A stretch of DNA of 64,000 nt. Origin: Cyanidioschyzon merolae (taxonomy: Eukaryota). A program made the position numbers and the translations under genes. Positions 53,819 to 62,606 of this stretch are shown here, piece after piece (position 1 is the first letter of the stretch; each line of letters starts with the position of its first letter). The notes beneath the pieces are model-generated. The model had not been told where the DNA came from. It saw nothing but the letters and a program-made list of their open reading frames with translations, and did not search any database. The stretch lies in the NCBI GenBank assembly GCA_000091205.1, contig AP006492.2. The stretch is one strand, 5' to 3'.

Positions 53819-53957
53819 TCGTCACCGACCAGACTCGCTGGAGCGAGTCTGCCCAGACAGCTGACCGCCAAGTCGCCAACACAGCAACGGCGTCTGCGCG
53901 GTCCCGCTCCAGACCAGGACATATGAGGTACTCGTTGCGGCCTTGTCTTGGCGACAC

Positions 53958-55364
53958 TCATTGAAAAGGCGGCTCCAGTGGTGTGGATCTCGGGCCGGTC
54001 TCTGCTTTTGGACGTCGACGCTTCCCCGTTGCCGGCCACTGATGATGTTTGTAATGGCGGTAGCTTCCTTGTTGTTGTTGTTGTTGTTGTTGTTGTTGAA
54101 GCGCCTCGGCGGCATGCCTGCCGTCGCTCGATGTGTGGCGAGGCTTGCGAATCAGCGGGCCGGATGATGGCGACGGCTCTTTGCGCATTGCCTCCGCTTG
54201 CTGATGCTTTCCAACGGCGTGCGGTGGCGGAGCTCGGCTTGCTCCTGCCAGCTGACGCGATGTCGTCTCCTGCGCTGTATCAGCGACAATCTCGACAGCG
54301 CATTCGGCAAGCGTTGCTCCGGATGGCGCCCCGAGCGCCCGGGCTGACGCTGGGAGTCGCTGCCAGGCGGCGGCATCGGCCGCGCGACGCTGCGCTCTGC
54401 AGAGCCGCGCAAAATAGTCCGCGCGGAAACGATCAAGCGCAGACGCCAAGGTTGGTGCGTCGATATGACACTCACGTAGCCATTGCGCAATATCCTCGCC
54501 GGCACGCAAACGACACAGGCACATGGCCACACAAAGCGCAGCAGCGGCTAACTCCTCCTTCGGATACAGACACGCGCAGACTGTGCGGTGAGCTTCGTTT
54601 AGAAACGAGCACGCAACCTGCAGCATTGTTCGCACGCTCGTCTCAGACCAGGGCACAGTATCGCCGTTTCGGGCGCGAATGAGCTTTTCCAACAAAGCCC
54701 ACTGATGAAACATTGTTCGGTGGACGCTTTCGCCCACATCTAAATCCCAGTTCAGGGTTTGTAGCACATCTCGCTCCGCTTGGGCAATACGCTCACGGCA
54801 GCGGACGTAGAGGTCTTGATGGAGCTGCTCGTCGAGCAGCAGGCACCCGCCTGTGCGGAGGGCGTAGCTCTGGCGAACGAGATCTCGCATGCGAACCACA
54901 TTCTCAGTTGCTTTACAGGCAATCGAAACACAAGCGGTTGCGATATCGAGCTCATCAAACGTCGCATCAAAGCGCTCGAGCAGGAAGAAGCGATGAAAGA
55001 GCAGGCGCGCTGCGATCAGTGTCGTTATCGGTAGCCGCAGACTCGCACGAAGCCGCTCACCTACACCACTACGCTCTGCGCGGTGCGATCCAGCAGCCGT
55101 TTCAGCGTCGAGCGTCGTTGTCGACGGCGACGACGACGTTGTCACCGGTTCACCTATTCTCTGACACAGACGGTCCATGAACGCCATCACAAGGCGACGT
55201 CGTCGCTCGTCTTCGCGAAGGGCACCAGCATCAGGCGCCGTCGTCTCGGACGCACGCGTTGCCTTAGTTGCCGTCCCGCGAGAGACCGCCTCGCGTGCCG
55301 TAAACACCCACAGCGAGTCCAGCTGTCGCAGCGGCGGACGCTGACGCTGACCTGCAGCCGCCAT
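53958..55364 (-). CDS. Transcriptional-type cyclin (cyclin L/K/T/C family fold) with a C-terminal poly-Gln tract
   Basis: LRLPITTLIAARLLFHRFFLLE ... LDIATACVSIACKATE matches cyclin-box helices 1-3 of the C/H/K/L/T group. A second repeat follows. The QQQQQQQQQ tract is encoded by (TTG)n on the plus strand at 54069-54098. The plus-strand ORF 53948..54682 is antisense. Confidence 0.7.
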   Translation of the reverse strand: MAAAGQRQRPPLRQLDSLWVFTAREAVSRGTATKATRASETTAPDAGALREDERRRRLVMAFMDRLCQRIGEPVTTSSSPSTTTLDAETAAGSHRAERSGVGERLRASLRLPITTLIAARLLFHRFFLLERFDATFDELDIATACVSIACKATENVVRMRDLVRQSYALRTGGCLLLDEQLHQDLYVRCRERIAQAERDVLQTLNWDLDVGESVHRTMFHQWALLEKLIRARNGDTVPWSETSVRTMLQVACSFLNEAHRTVCACLYPKEELAAAALCVAMCLCRLRAGEDIAQWLRECHIDAPTLASALDRFRADYFARLCRAQRRAADAAAWQRLPASARALGAPSGATLAECAVEIVADTAQETTSRQLAGASRAPPPHAVGKHQQAEAMRKEPSPSSGPLIRKPRHTSSDGRHAAEALQQQQQQQQQQGSYRHYKHHQWPATGKRRRPKAETGPRSTPLEPPFQ

Positions 55365-55794
55365 GCCAGCTGCAGTGTCCGCGGATGCCGCAACCTCAAC
55401 CGCTCGGTGCCGGAGTTCCGAAACTGACCCCTCTCCGAGTCTTGTTTACGAGTCGTTCCAGGGCTCCCGCCAGTCGGTCGCTGCTGCGGAGCCTCGTCAA
55501 CGAGCGCTGGGTGCGCGGCCCCAGCGACTACGCACGAGACACCGCGAAACGCTGCACGCAACGAGTCAACCAGCTTCACTGCAGCCGCAAGCGCCTTGAG
55601 CCCTTGCTCACTGGTGATAAACCGGGCTTGACAAACGGAACACTCGTTGACGGGTACGCAACGCACACGCAGCAGCAGAGGCACACGCCTACCGCCGTTC
55701 CATCGCAGCGACACGGCGGCGTGCCGGGCGAGGCGGCGCCTTCGATCGACTGCCGCGCGATGCGTAGGCGCGCCGCCTCGCCCGGCACGCCGCT

Positions 55795-55985
55795 GAGAGT
55801 GTGTGTGCTTGTGTATCTGCGTCTGCGTCTGTGTGCTTGTGTATCTGTGTGTCTGTGTGCTTGTGTGTCTGTGTCTGTGTCTGTGAGTGTGTGTGCTTGT
55901 GTGTCTGTGTCTGCGTCTGTGTGCGTCTGCGTCTGTGTGTCTGTGTGCTTGTGTGTCTGTGTCTGTGTCTGTGTGTCTGTGTCGG
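55795..55985. repeat. Imperfect (TGTGTC)n / (TGTGCG)n microsatellite of about 190 bp
   Basis: It lies between the GapA 3' end and the cyclin 5' end, both on the minus strand. ORFs 55187..56083, 55385..56017, 55576..56034 and 55801..56064 are repeat artefacts. Confidence 0.85.
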
Positions 55986-56539
55986 GATACAGGAAGCGTC
56001 CAGCGAGTCGCTGCTGACTGCACGTGTTCCGCAAAGCCCAGAGCGTGCCAGTCTCGGACGATAACTGGACCGTATTGCGTCATCGGGATCGTGCTTTCGC
56101 CGCCTTACCGACGACGAGCTTCGCTTGCAATGAAGTACGCACCATCGAAGCATCCTTGAGGCAGCATGCGCTGGATGCGCGCTACCATCAGGGTAGCATC
56201 CATCGCTGCCCTCTCTTTCACCGTCTCACTCTACATCAGAAGACGTTCGACGCGCCTCAGACCCGCCTTGATATCGGGATCGGGTGCTCGGTGCGTCACG
56301 CGCTGCTCAAGGTGCCACGGGGCATCTGGCAGGTGCTTGCGATACCACCAGGGCTGGTGGTGTGAAACCGGAGCCCGCCCGGAGCAAATGCACCCGCGTC
56401 GGATGATCGGATGCAGATGCGTGGTGTCCGCTGGAGAGTATTTTCGGTTCTTCCGGTCGCTTTACCTGGGATGAACATTCGGATACGCGTCTGTGCTGCT
56501 CGTTCGATCGAGTCCGTTTACCACTTGCTTGCTCCGTGT

Positions 56540-57781
56540 CTAGAAATGCTGCGCTATGTAGTTGGCCAAGTCCACAACCCGTTGACTGTAGCCATACTCG
56601 TTGTCGTACCAGGCTACCACTTTGACGAGCGTATCACCCATCACCGTCGTCAGCGCTGCATCCACAATGCTTGAGTTGACGTTCATCCGATAATCCGATG
56701 AGACGAGCGGCTCATCGCTCACCGCCAGGATACCCTTCATTGGCCCTTCCGCTGCTCGTACGAAAGCTGCATTCACTTCCTCCTTGAACGTTGGTTTCTT
56801 CACCGTGCAGACAAAGTCGACGATAGAAACGTTCGGGGTCGGCACTCGCAGGGCAATGCCGGTGAGCTTGCCCTTCACTGGTGGATACACCAGCGCAACC
56901 GCCTGCGCGGCACCCGTCGAGGTCGGCACGATGTTCAACGCGGCCGCACGGGCGCGACGCAGGTCGCGATGCGATGCATCCAGCAGACGCTGGTCCCCGG
57001 TATACGAATGCGTCGTGGTCATCATGCCGGAAACGATGCCGAATTCCTCGTCGAGCACCTTCACGAACGGTGCCATGCCGTTGGTGGTGCACGACGCGTT
57101 GCTCACCACATGGTCGGTGGCGTGGTTATACTGGGTGTTGTTCAGACCCATGACAAAGGTCGGGACGCCTTCGCCTTTCGCTGGCGCTGTGATGACCACC
57201 TTTTTGGCACCCGCTTCGATGTGCTTGCCTGCCCCGTCCCTTGAGATAAAGACACCCGTTGCCTCGATGACGATGTCGACGTTGAGGTCCCTCCAAGGCA
57301 GCTGGGTCGGATCGCGGTTGCTGACAACGGTAACCGGCTTCCCGTCAATGAGCATGGTACTCTCCCCGCTAACCTTCACGTCAAACGGTGCAATTCCCAG
57401 AATAGAGTCGTACTTCAGCAGATGAGCGGCAGTTTTGATGCCAGCCGTATCGTTGATCCCCACCAGCTCCAGGTTCGCGTTCGGGGTCGCTTGCAGGCAG
57501 CGCACAAAGTTGCGTCCGATGCGACCGAACCCGGAAACCGCTACCCGCACCTTCATCACAAGATTCGAGTGCGCAGCACGTTGCCGGCTCCGCGTCAGCG
57601 GCACACCTAAGCTTCGCGTACGTGCAGTGAAGGCACCAGGCTGGTCACCAGCCTGCAGCCGGGGTCCGACGGCCTCGCGGCTCGTAGCGCGCACCGCCGT
57701 GCCGCGAAAACCACCAACTGGAGCTACGAAAGCAGCACACGTAAACACCATTCTCCAAAAAGAGAGCGTTTTTCTTGTCAA
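56540..57781 (-). CDS. GAPA: GapA/B-type plastid glyceraldehyde-3-phosphate dehydrogenase (Calvin-cycle type) with an N-terminal targeting extension of about 75 aa
   Basis: It is near-collinear with plant and algal GapA: [87 protein letters not shown] and [24 protein letters not shown]. The N-terminal extension [36 protein letters not shown]... is hydrophobic, then hydroxylated and basic. Confidence 0.9.
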   Translation of the reverse strand: MTRKTLSFWRMVFTCAAFVAPVGGFRGTAVRATSREAVGPRLQAGDQPGAFTARTRSLGVPLTRSRQRAAHSNLVMKVRVAVSGFGRIGRNFVRCLQATPNANLELVGINDTAGIKTAAHLLKYDSILGIAPFDVKVSGESTMLIDGKPVTVVSNRDPTQLPWRDLNVDIVIEATGVFISRDGAGKHIEAGAKKVVITAPAKGEGVPTFVMGLNNTQYNHATDHVVSNASCTTNGMAPFVKVLDEEFGIVSGMMTTTHSYTGDQRLLDASHRDLRRARAAALNIVPTSTGAAQAVALVYPPVKGKLTGIALRVPTPNVSIVDFVCTVKKPTFKEEVNAAFVRAAEGPMKGILAVSDEPLVSSDYRMNVNSSIVDAALTTVMGDTLVKVVAWYDNEYGYSQRVVDLANYIAQHF

Positions 57782-57939
57782 TTCACTGGTTACAACGACC
57801 GCAGAAGACCTAAAGGCGCCGACGTCGTCCTACAATGAGACAGCGAACGCGATAACACGTACGAGTTTGCGAATGCAGCAGCCGCGAGCGCAGCGCCCAG
57901 TCTCGCCGCGTCGCCAGAAGATCAGCTGGTGGACGAAGC

Positions 57940-58068
57940 CGCTGCTGCTGCGGCTCCTGCGGCTGCTGCGGCTGCTGCTGCGGCTGCCGCGGCTGCGGTC
58001 TATCGCGTCGACGTCGATGTCGCCGCCGCCGCCGCCGCCGCCGCCGCGAGGCATCGACGACGCCCACG
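57940..58068. repeat. GC-rich trinucleotide repeats, (GCT/GCG)n then (GCC)n
   Basis: 'gctgctgctgcggctcctgcggctgctgcggctgctgctgcggctgccgcggctgcgg...gccgccgccgccgccgccgccgccgcg'. They lie in the divergent intergenic region between GapA and the DnaJ-HEAT gene. Confidence 0.8.
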
Positions 58069-58084
58069 AACGCATCGAGGCGCA

Positions 58085-58155
58085 GCGCGAATCGTATCGG
58101 GTATAAAATGTATAACTAGGTTTTATATGGAACATGTTTGTATACAATTATATTA
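58085..58155. promoter_or_regulatory. AT-rich, TATA-like island in the divergent GapA / DnaJ-HEAT intergenic region; a candidate bidirectional promoter
   Basis: 'gtataaaatgtataactaggttttatatggaacatgtttgtatacaattatattaaaatgaatatatgg' is embedded in DNA of more than 65% GC. This call rests on position and composition only. Confidence 0.3.
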
Positions 58156-58223
58156 AAATGAATATATGGACATAGATCGGGCGAGCTGGCACTTTCCGCA
58201 TCCCAGGTCTGCTCAGTACCTGC

Positions 58224-59858
58224 GTGGCATTGACGACAGGTCTGGATGGCTGGGTTCGGTCGGTGCGAGACCATCGCGGGTTACACGTTGTCGCTCCGTC
58301 AGCTTCCATGTTTCTATCACTAGCAGACATTCGAAGGTGTTCTCTGCGCGACCGTCGGTGGTCGGGGCGGCGGCGCGCGCAACCCAGGTCAGTGTGCTGG
58401 CAGTGTGCGCAGCGCAACGCGAGCACGCGTCGCCAAGGCGTTGCACGCGAGGACCTGTACCGAGTTCTGGGGGCAACGCGGGACTCGAGCCCGGCGGAGA
58501 TCCGGCGCGCGTTCCTTGAACAGAGCCAGCGGTGGCATCCTGATCGCAACCCGGGTGACGAGCGCGCGAGCGAGCGTTTTGAGGCTGTCAAAACCGCTTA
58601 CCAGGTGCTCCGCGATGCAACCCTCCGAGCAGCGTACGACGAAGCCGGATTTGCCGGCCTGGACGCTGTTATCTCGGTTGAGTCTCGACACGAGCGAATG
58701 AAAGACGCTTTAAAGGAGGTGCAGCAGCTCGAACGTGATAACGCGAGCACTGAAGAACTCGCGTTCTGGGGACTCGACGGCAGCAACCTGGCCCTACTCG
58801 AAGGCGCCGAGCCCGTAGTACCCTCGGACGGGGGCGCATCCAGCGCTGTGGACCAACCGACCGACGCTCGGCCGCGTTCTGTTGCCGAAGCAATAGCGAA
58901 TTTGAATCATCCCGATGAGGGCTATCGCTACTATGCCGTCTGGTGGTTGTCGCGGTTTCGTGTTCGAGAGGCAGCCGATGCCCTCGTGGCGGTGTTACGT
59001 CATTCCACGGACCGAACGGCGCTTGGCGGGTACCCGCTCCGACGACGCGCTGCCTTGGCGCTCGGCAACCTTGGTGCATTAGAGGCGTTAACATTCCTTC
59101 AGGAGGCGCTCGGCAATGACGAGGACTGGCATCTGCGCCACAGAGCCGCTGAGGCTATCGCCAAAATTCTCATGCAGCAACCGAGCTACATGCCGAACTC
59201 CCAGTTGACAGAAGCGCTCCTGTCTCGACTGGAAACGTTTCAGAGCGAGGCGCACAACGAAACCGAATCGGTGACGCTGCCACCAGGCTTCGACCTCTCG
59301 ACGCTGGACGAGGCGAAGCGAGCGCGTCTGCTCGAGATCTTTGCTAAGCGACGCGCCGATGAGGCGCGAGCTCGTCGCAGCACCCAGACACCAACACTGG
59401 GTGTCGATCTCCAATCAGCGATGATGCAGGAACCGTACGAATGGCTCCTGAAAGCACTTGGATACGTAGCTGGACGCATGCGCTCGGATCCGGCCGTCTG
59501 GGCGCGTTACGAAGACCGTTTCGTCTCAGCGATGCGACCCCTGACGAAACATCCAGTGCCGCTCGTACAGTACGCAGCGCACAAGGCCATGTACCAAGCG
59601 ACCGGCAAAGTGGAACATTTGCATGCACTTCATGGTGCTCTCGAATTCGGTGCCGAACATCACTTTTCCCAGCGCGTCCTCGTACGAGATCTCGGAGAGC
59701 TCGGGCAGCTTGAGTCGGCATCGGCCATTGCGAACTGTGCGATGGTCGAAAATAGCTTCAAAGTTTTCGCCATTCGCCAGATCATTCAGCGTTGCAACTT
59801 GGAGCTCACGCACTCGGCCCTCGACCCGCTCTTTCACCTCTTGGACGACCTGCTCTAA
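58224..59858 (+). CDS. J-domain protein fused to E/Z-type (PBS-lyase / CpcE / NblB-like) HEAT repeats
   Basis: The J domain reads DLYRVLGATRDSSPAEIRRAFLEQSQRWHPDRNPGDERASERFEAVKTAYQVLRD and includes HPD. The HEAT repeats are NHPDEGYRYYAVWWLSRFRVREAADALVAVL, RRRAALALGNLGALEALTFLQEAL and NDEDWHLRHRAAEAIAKI. All fit the PBS-lyase repeat consensus D..VR..AA.ALG.IG...A...L...L.D. Confidence 0.75.
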   Translation: MALTTGLDGWVRSVRDHRGLHVVAPSASMFLSLADIRRCSLRDRRWSGRRRAQPRSVCWQCAQRNASTRRQGVAREDLYRVLGATRDSSPAEIRRAFLEQSQRWHPDRNPGDERASERFEAVKTAYQVLRDATLRAAYDEAGFAGLDAVISVESRHERMKDALKEVQQLERDNASTEELAFWGLDGSNLALLEGAEPVVPSDGGASSAVDQPTDARPRSVAEAIANLNHPDEGYRYYAVWWLSRFRVREAADALVAVLRHSTDRTALGGYPLRRRAALALGNLGALEALTFLQEALGNDEDWHLRHRAAEAIAKILMQQPSYMPNSQLTEALLSRLETFQSEAHNETESVTLPPGFDLSTLDEAKRARLLEIFAKRRADEARARRSTQTPTLGVDLQSAMMQEPYEWLLKALGYVAGRMRSDPAVWARYEDRFVSAMRPLTKHPVPLVQYAAHKAMYQATGKVEHLHALHGALEFGAEHHFSQRVLVRDLGELGQLESASAIANCAMVENSFKVFAIRQIIQRCNLELTHSALDPLFHLLDDLL

Positions 59859-60248
59859 TGCCTAGGAGCATCTATGATGCACGTGTCTAACGACGTTCAC
59901 GAGCGGGAGCAGTTTTATTTTGACACGATTTCGATGGACGCGGAGGCACAGATGAGTAGACCGCTCACACGTAGTCTGCCTCCGTTCGTACAGGCGACTT
60001 TTGTGTGTGTGCGTGTCTGTCGCTGATGCACCTCTTGGCGGCAGCAGCAGGATTCGTTCATTACTTCGTTCGTCGGGGATGGCATCGGCAACATCTGCCA
60101 ACGCACGCACCATTCCACCACCCGCACTTCCATCCGATTTAAATGATCCGAAACCACAAATTCCCGTCCCGATCGGCAAGGGAGTATCGAAGGAGTAGCG
60201 TCGACGCGTGAGCACGTCCCAGCAGGCACGGCGGGCTATGCGCTCACT

Positions 60249-61442
60249 TCAGGTATCGGCAGCGTGGACGCAGCGCGCCGTGCTGGAGGCTGGGGATGAT
60301 GTTGCCTCATTGAACTGAGCAAGTGCGCGCTGCGCTCGAGCTCGTACCACCACATCTGCATCCTGGTTTGCAATGTGAGCCAAAATATTGGTTATTTCTG
60401 GCTTTTCGATAAACTTGCGATGCAGTAAATGCGATAGCGACCAAACCAACGCATAACGTATTGTCCAGTCGGGGTCACCCACGAGCGACGACAGCGATGC
60501 GACTGCATCCTCACAACGCGCTCTCCCGTTTGCCGACTCTTCGTATTTCAGCTGAGCGAGGCAGCGCACCGCAGCACGCCGTACGTTAGGAATGGGTCCA
60601 CGAAGCGCACACTGCTTTGCAACCGTGAAGACCGCGTCTGCGTCGCCTATTGCACCCAGTGCTCGCAGCGCGTACGCGTTAACGGCATAGTTCAGAGCGC
60701 CAACGCCCTGTAGCAGTACCGGGACGGCGCCCTTTCCATAAAGTCGCACGAGAAGATCCAGCGCTATTCGCGCTGCAACCGGATTATTGTAGCCGAGCGA
60801 GTCCACAAGAAAAGGAATGAGCGTATCCGGCGGTCTGGTGCCTCTGTCATTGGCAGACTGCTGCTGTTGCCAAAGCCAGTCGGCTATGCGTTCCATAGCG
60901 TCGATGAATGCAGCTGGTGAGTCAGGACCGCGAACAATCATCTGGACCAAGGGTTTGATCTGATCCGGAAGCTGTTGCTCATCAATGTCGTACGCAAGGC
61001 CCCCATTGACACCAGACATTCGTGGTTCGGTGCGTGCTGGGCCTTGGAGCCGCTGCGCAGGGCGATAGCGCCGGCTTGCAACTGCCCATGTGCGAGCGGT
61101 TGGAGCGCTCAGACACCTCGGTGCACGGGCAGCCGCTGCTGAGCGTCTCCATCGCTGTACACAGTGCGCTGTCCAGGTCGTGAACATGAGGCGTCTGTGA
61201 CACTCTGGAAACCCAGAGTACGTGCTCGTGCTCCGGCACGAACGAGTGTCGACACAGCACCGTTTGTGCGTCGCCTCAGCGGCAACGAACTTGCTGCGCT
61301 CGCGTGCTTTGAGAAGAGAAACTGGATTAATATGTACATTTATGGACTCGGTACATCGAGGGAATTTTGTTTGATCGCTGGTAAGTGCTGCTGTAGTGCG
61401 GCGGCAGCAGCGCCTTCTGCCCCGCCTTCGAATCGGCGACAT
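60249..61442 (-). CDS. E/Z-type HEAT-repeat (PBS-lyase-like) protein, convergent with the DnaJ-HEAT gene
   Basis: NPVAARIALDLLVRLYGKGAVPVLLQGV, NAYALRALGAIGDADAVFTV, PNVRRAAVRCLAQL and GDPDWTIRYALVWSLSHL are repeated E/Z HEAT units. Confidence 0.6.
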   Translation of the reverse strand: MSPIRRRGRRRCCRRTTAALTSDQTKFPRCTESINVHINPVSLLKARERSKFVAAEATHKRCCVDTRSCRSTSTYSGFPECHRRLMFTTWTAHCVQRWRRSAAAARAPRCLSAPTARTWAVASRRYRPAQRLQGPARTEPRMSGVNGGLAYDIDEQQLPDQIKPLVQMIVRGPDSPAAFIDAMERIADWLWQQQQSANDRGTRPPDTLIPFLVDSLGYNNPVAARIALDLLVRLYGKGAVPVLLQGVGALNYAVNAYALRALGAIGDADAVFTVAKQCALRGPIPNVRRAAVRCLAQLKYEESANGRARCEDAVASLSSLVGDPDWTIRYALVWSLSHLLHRKFIEKPEITNILAHIANQDADVVVRARAQRALAQFNEATSSPASSTARCVHAADT

Positions 61443-62606
61443 AGCAAACTTGTGTCGCCTGCTTCGGTATCCAACGCTGCACGTGATCTGAGCTTGGCGG
61501 GAAAAGCTGTGAGCAAAAGCATCCAGTCACTACGTTCGAACTCGCGATAGATCGAGCGAGTCGAAGCAAACAATCTGCTGTCGTGGAGGACTTGGAGGCG
61601 TTGCACGCTCACCACGCATCCCATCGGCACGGCAATGGCGTTCGCAACGACGCTTCCGACGCTGCTGCTACTGCTACTGGCACATGCGCTCAGCTCGGCA
61701 TCCGGAGAACCGCTCGAACGAAGCGTGATACCGCATTGCAGGTCTGGTCTGTAATCCATGAAACGGATGACATCTAGGTCTGGTGAGCGGTCTCGTTCCT
61801 GACTGCCGACAACAGTCCCGCATCCGATGGACATACAGAACGCCTCATCGCTTCCGTACCCGCGATGACGACAACAGCAACAACAAATGGCGTTCGCCAC
61901 GCGTGGCGGAGCGATGCCCTGCACCATCCGCGAGTGCGTTCGTGACTCGCGGGCGCCAAAAGAGGTACACTTGGCAGGGCGCGCCAAGCGCACGCTCGCT
62001 GTATCATACCGTACTCTAAACGGGAATTCAGGTCGGGAGCGTTCTGGATGGGGAAGCGCATGTCGTGGATTTGCGGTATCCTGTCCGGCGACCCACAGCT
62101 GTTGTGCTCCCGGATACCTGATGTGCGATGCTGCAACGCGATGTACTTGAGAACTGGGTGTGCGGCCAAGGCATGGGACCCCTAACCTGTGTCCTATAAA
62201 TACAGGAATATACAGCTTCCAACTAAGGTCTTTGGCGGGTCGCACCCCGCGGTGCACCACTGCTGCACTAGCGCTGCTTTAACGTGCTCGGTACTAGTCC
62301 GTGCTCAGTGTGGACGTTTCGCTGCTCGGTGCGGCCTTGTTCTGGGTACAGAACGTATGGTTGTACGGAGTCGTTGCGTGCAGCACGAAAGCCGAATCTG
62401 GTGCTCGCCACTGCGGTTCAGAACGTGCGCTAGAGTGTCGCGAGGTGTTCGCCGCGACCCCGCAGAGCCACCATTCGAGCGCAGTGTCGCACCAGGGGAG
62501 CGACCAAGGCGCCTTAACGTTGTAAGAAGCAGTGCGCGGGAATATTGGACCTGCTGCTGCGCAGCACGAAGGAACCAGGGACGAACGCGAACTGCCCGGT
62601 AGTCAC

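Noticed and set aside
53948-54682. 244-aa plus-strand ORF
   Set aside because: It is antisense to the cyclin gene, whose cyclin-box helices are recognisable on the minus strand.
55187-56083. 298-aa ORF, and overlapping plus-strand ORFs rich in Cys/Val or His/Thr
   Set aside because: They span the (TGTGTC)n microsatellite. The open frames are a consequence of the stop-free repeat.
61340-62260. 306-aa minus-strand ORF overlapping the 5' end of the HEAT-repeat gene
   Set aside because: It overlaps the better-supported HEAT-repeat gene and has no recognisable domain. It was not called as a separate gene.
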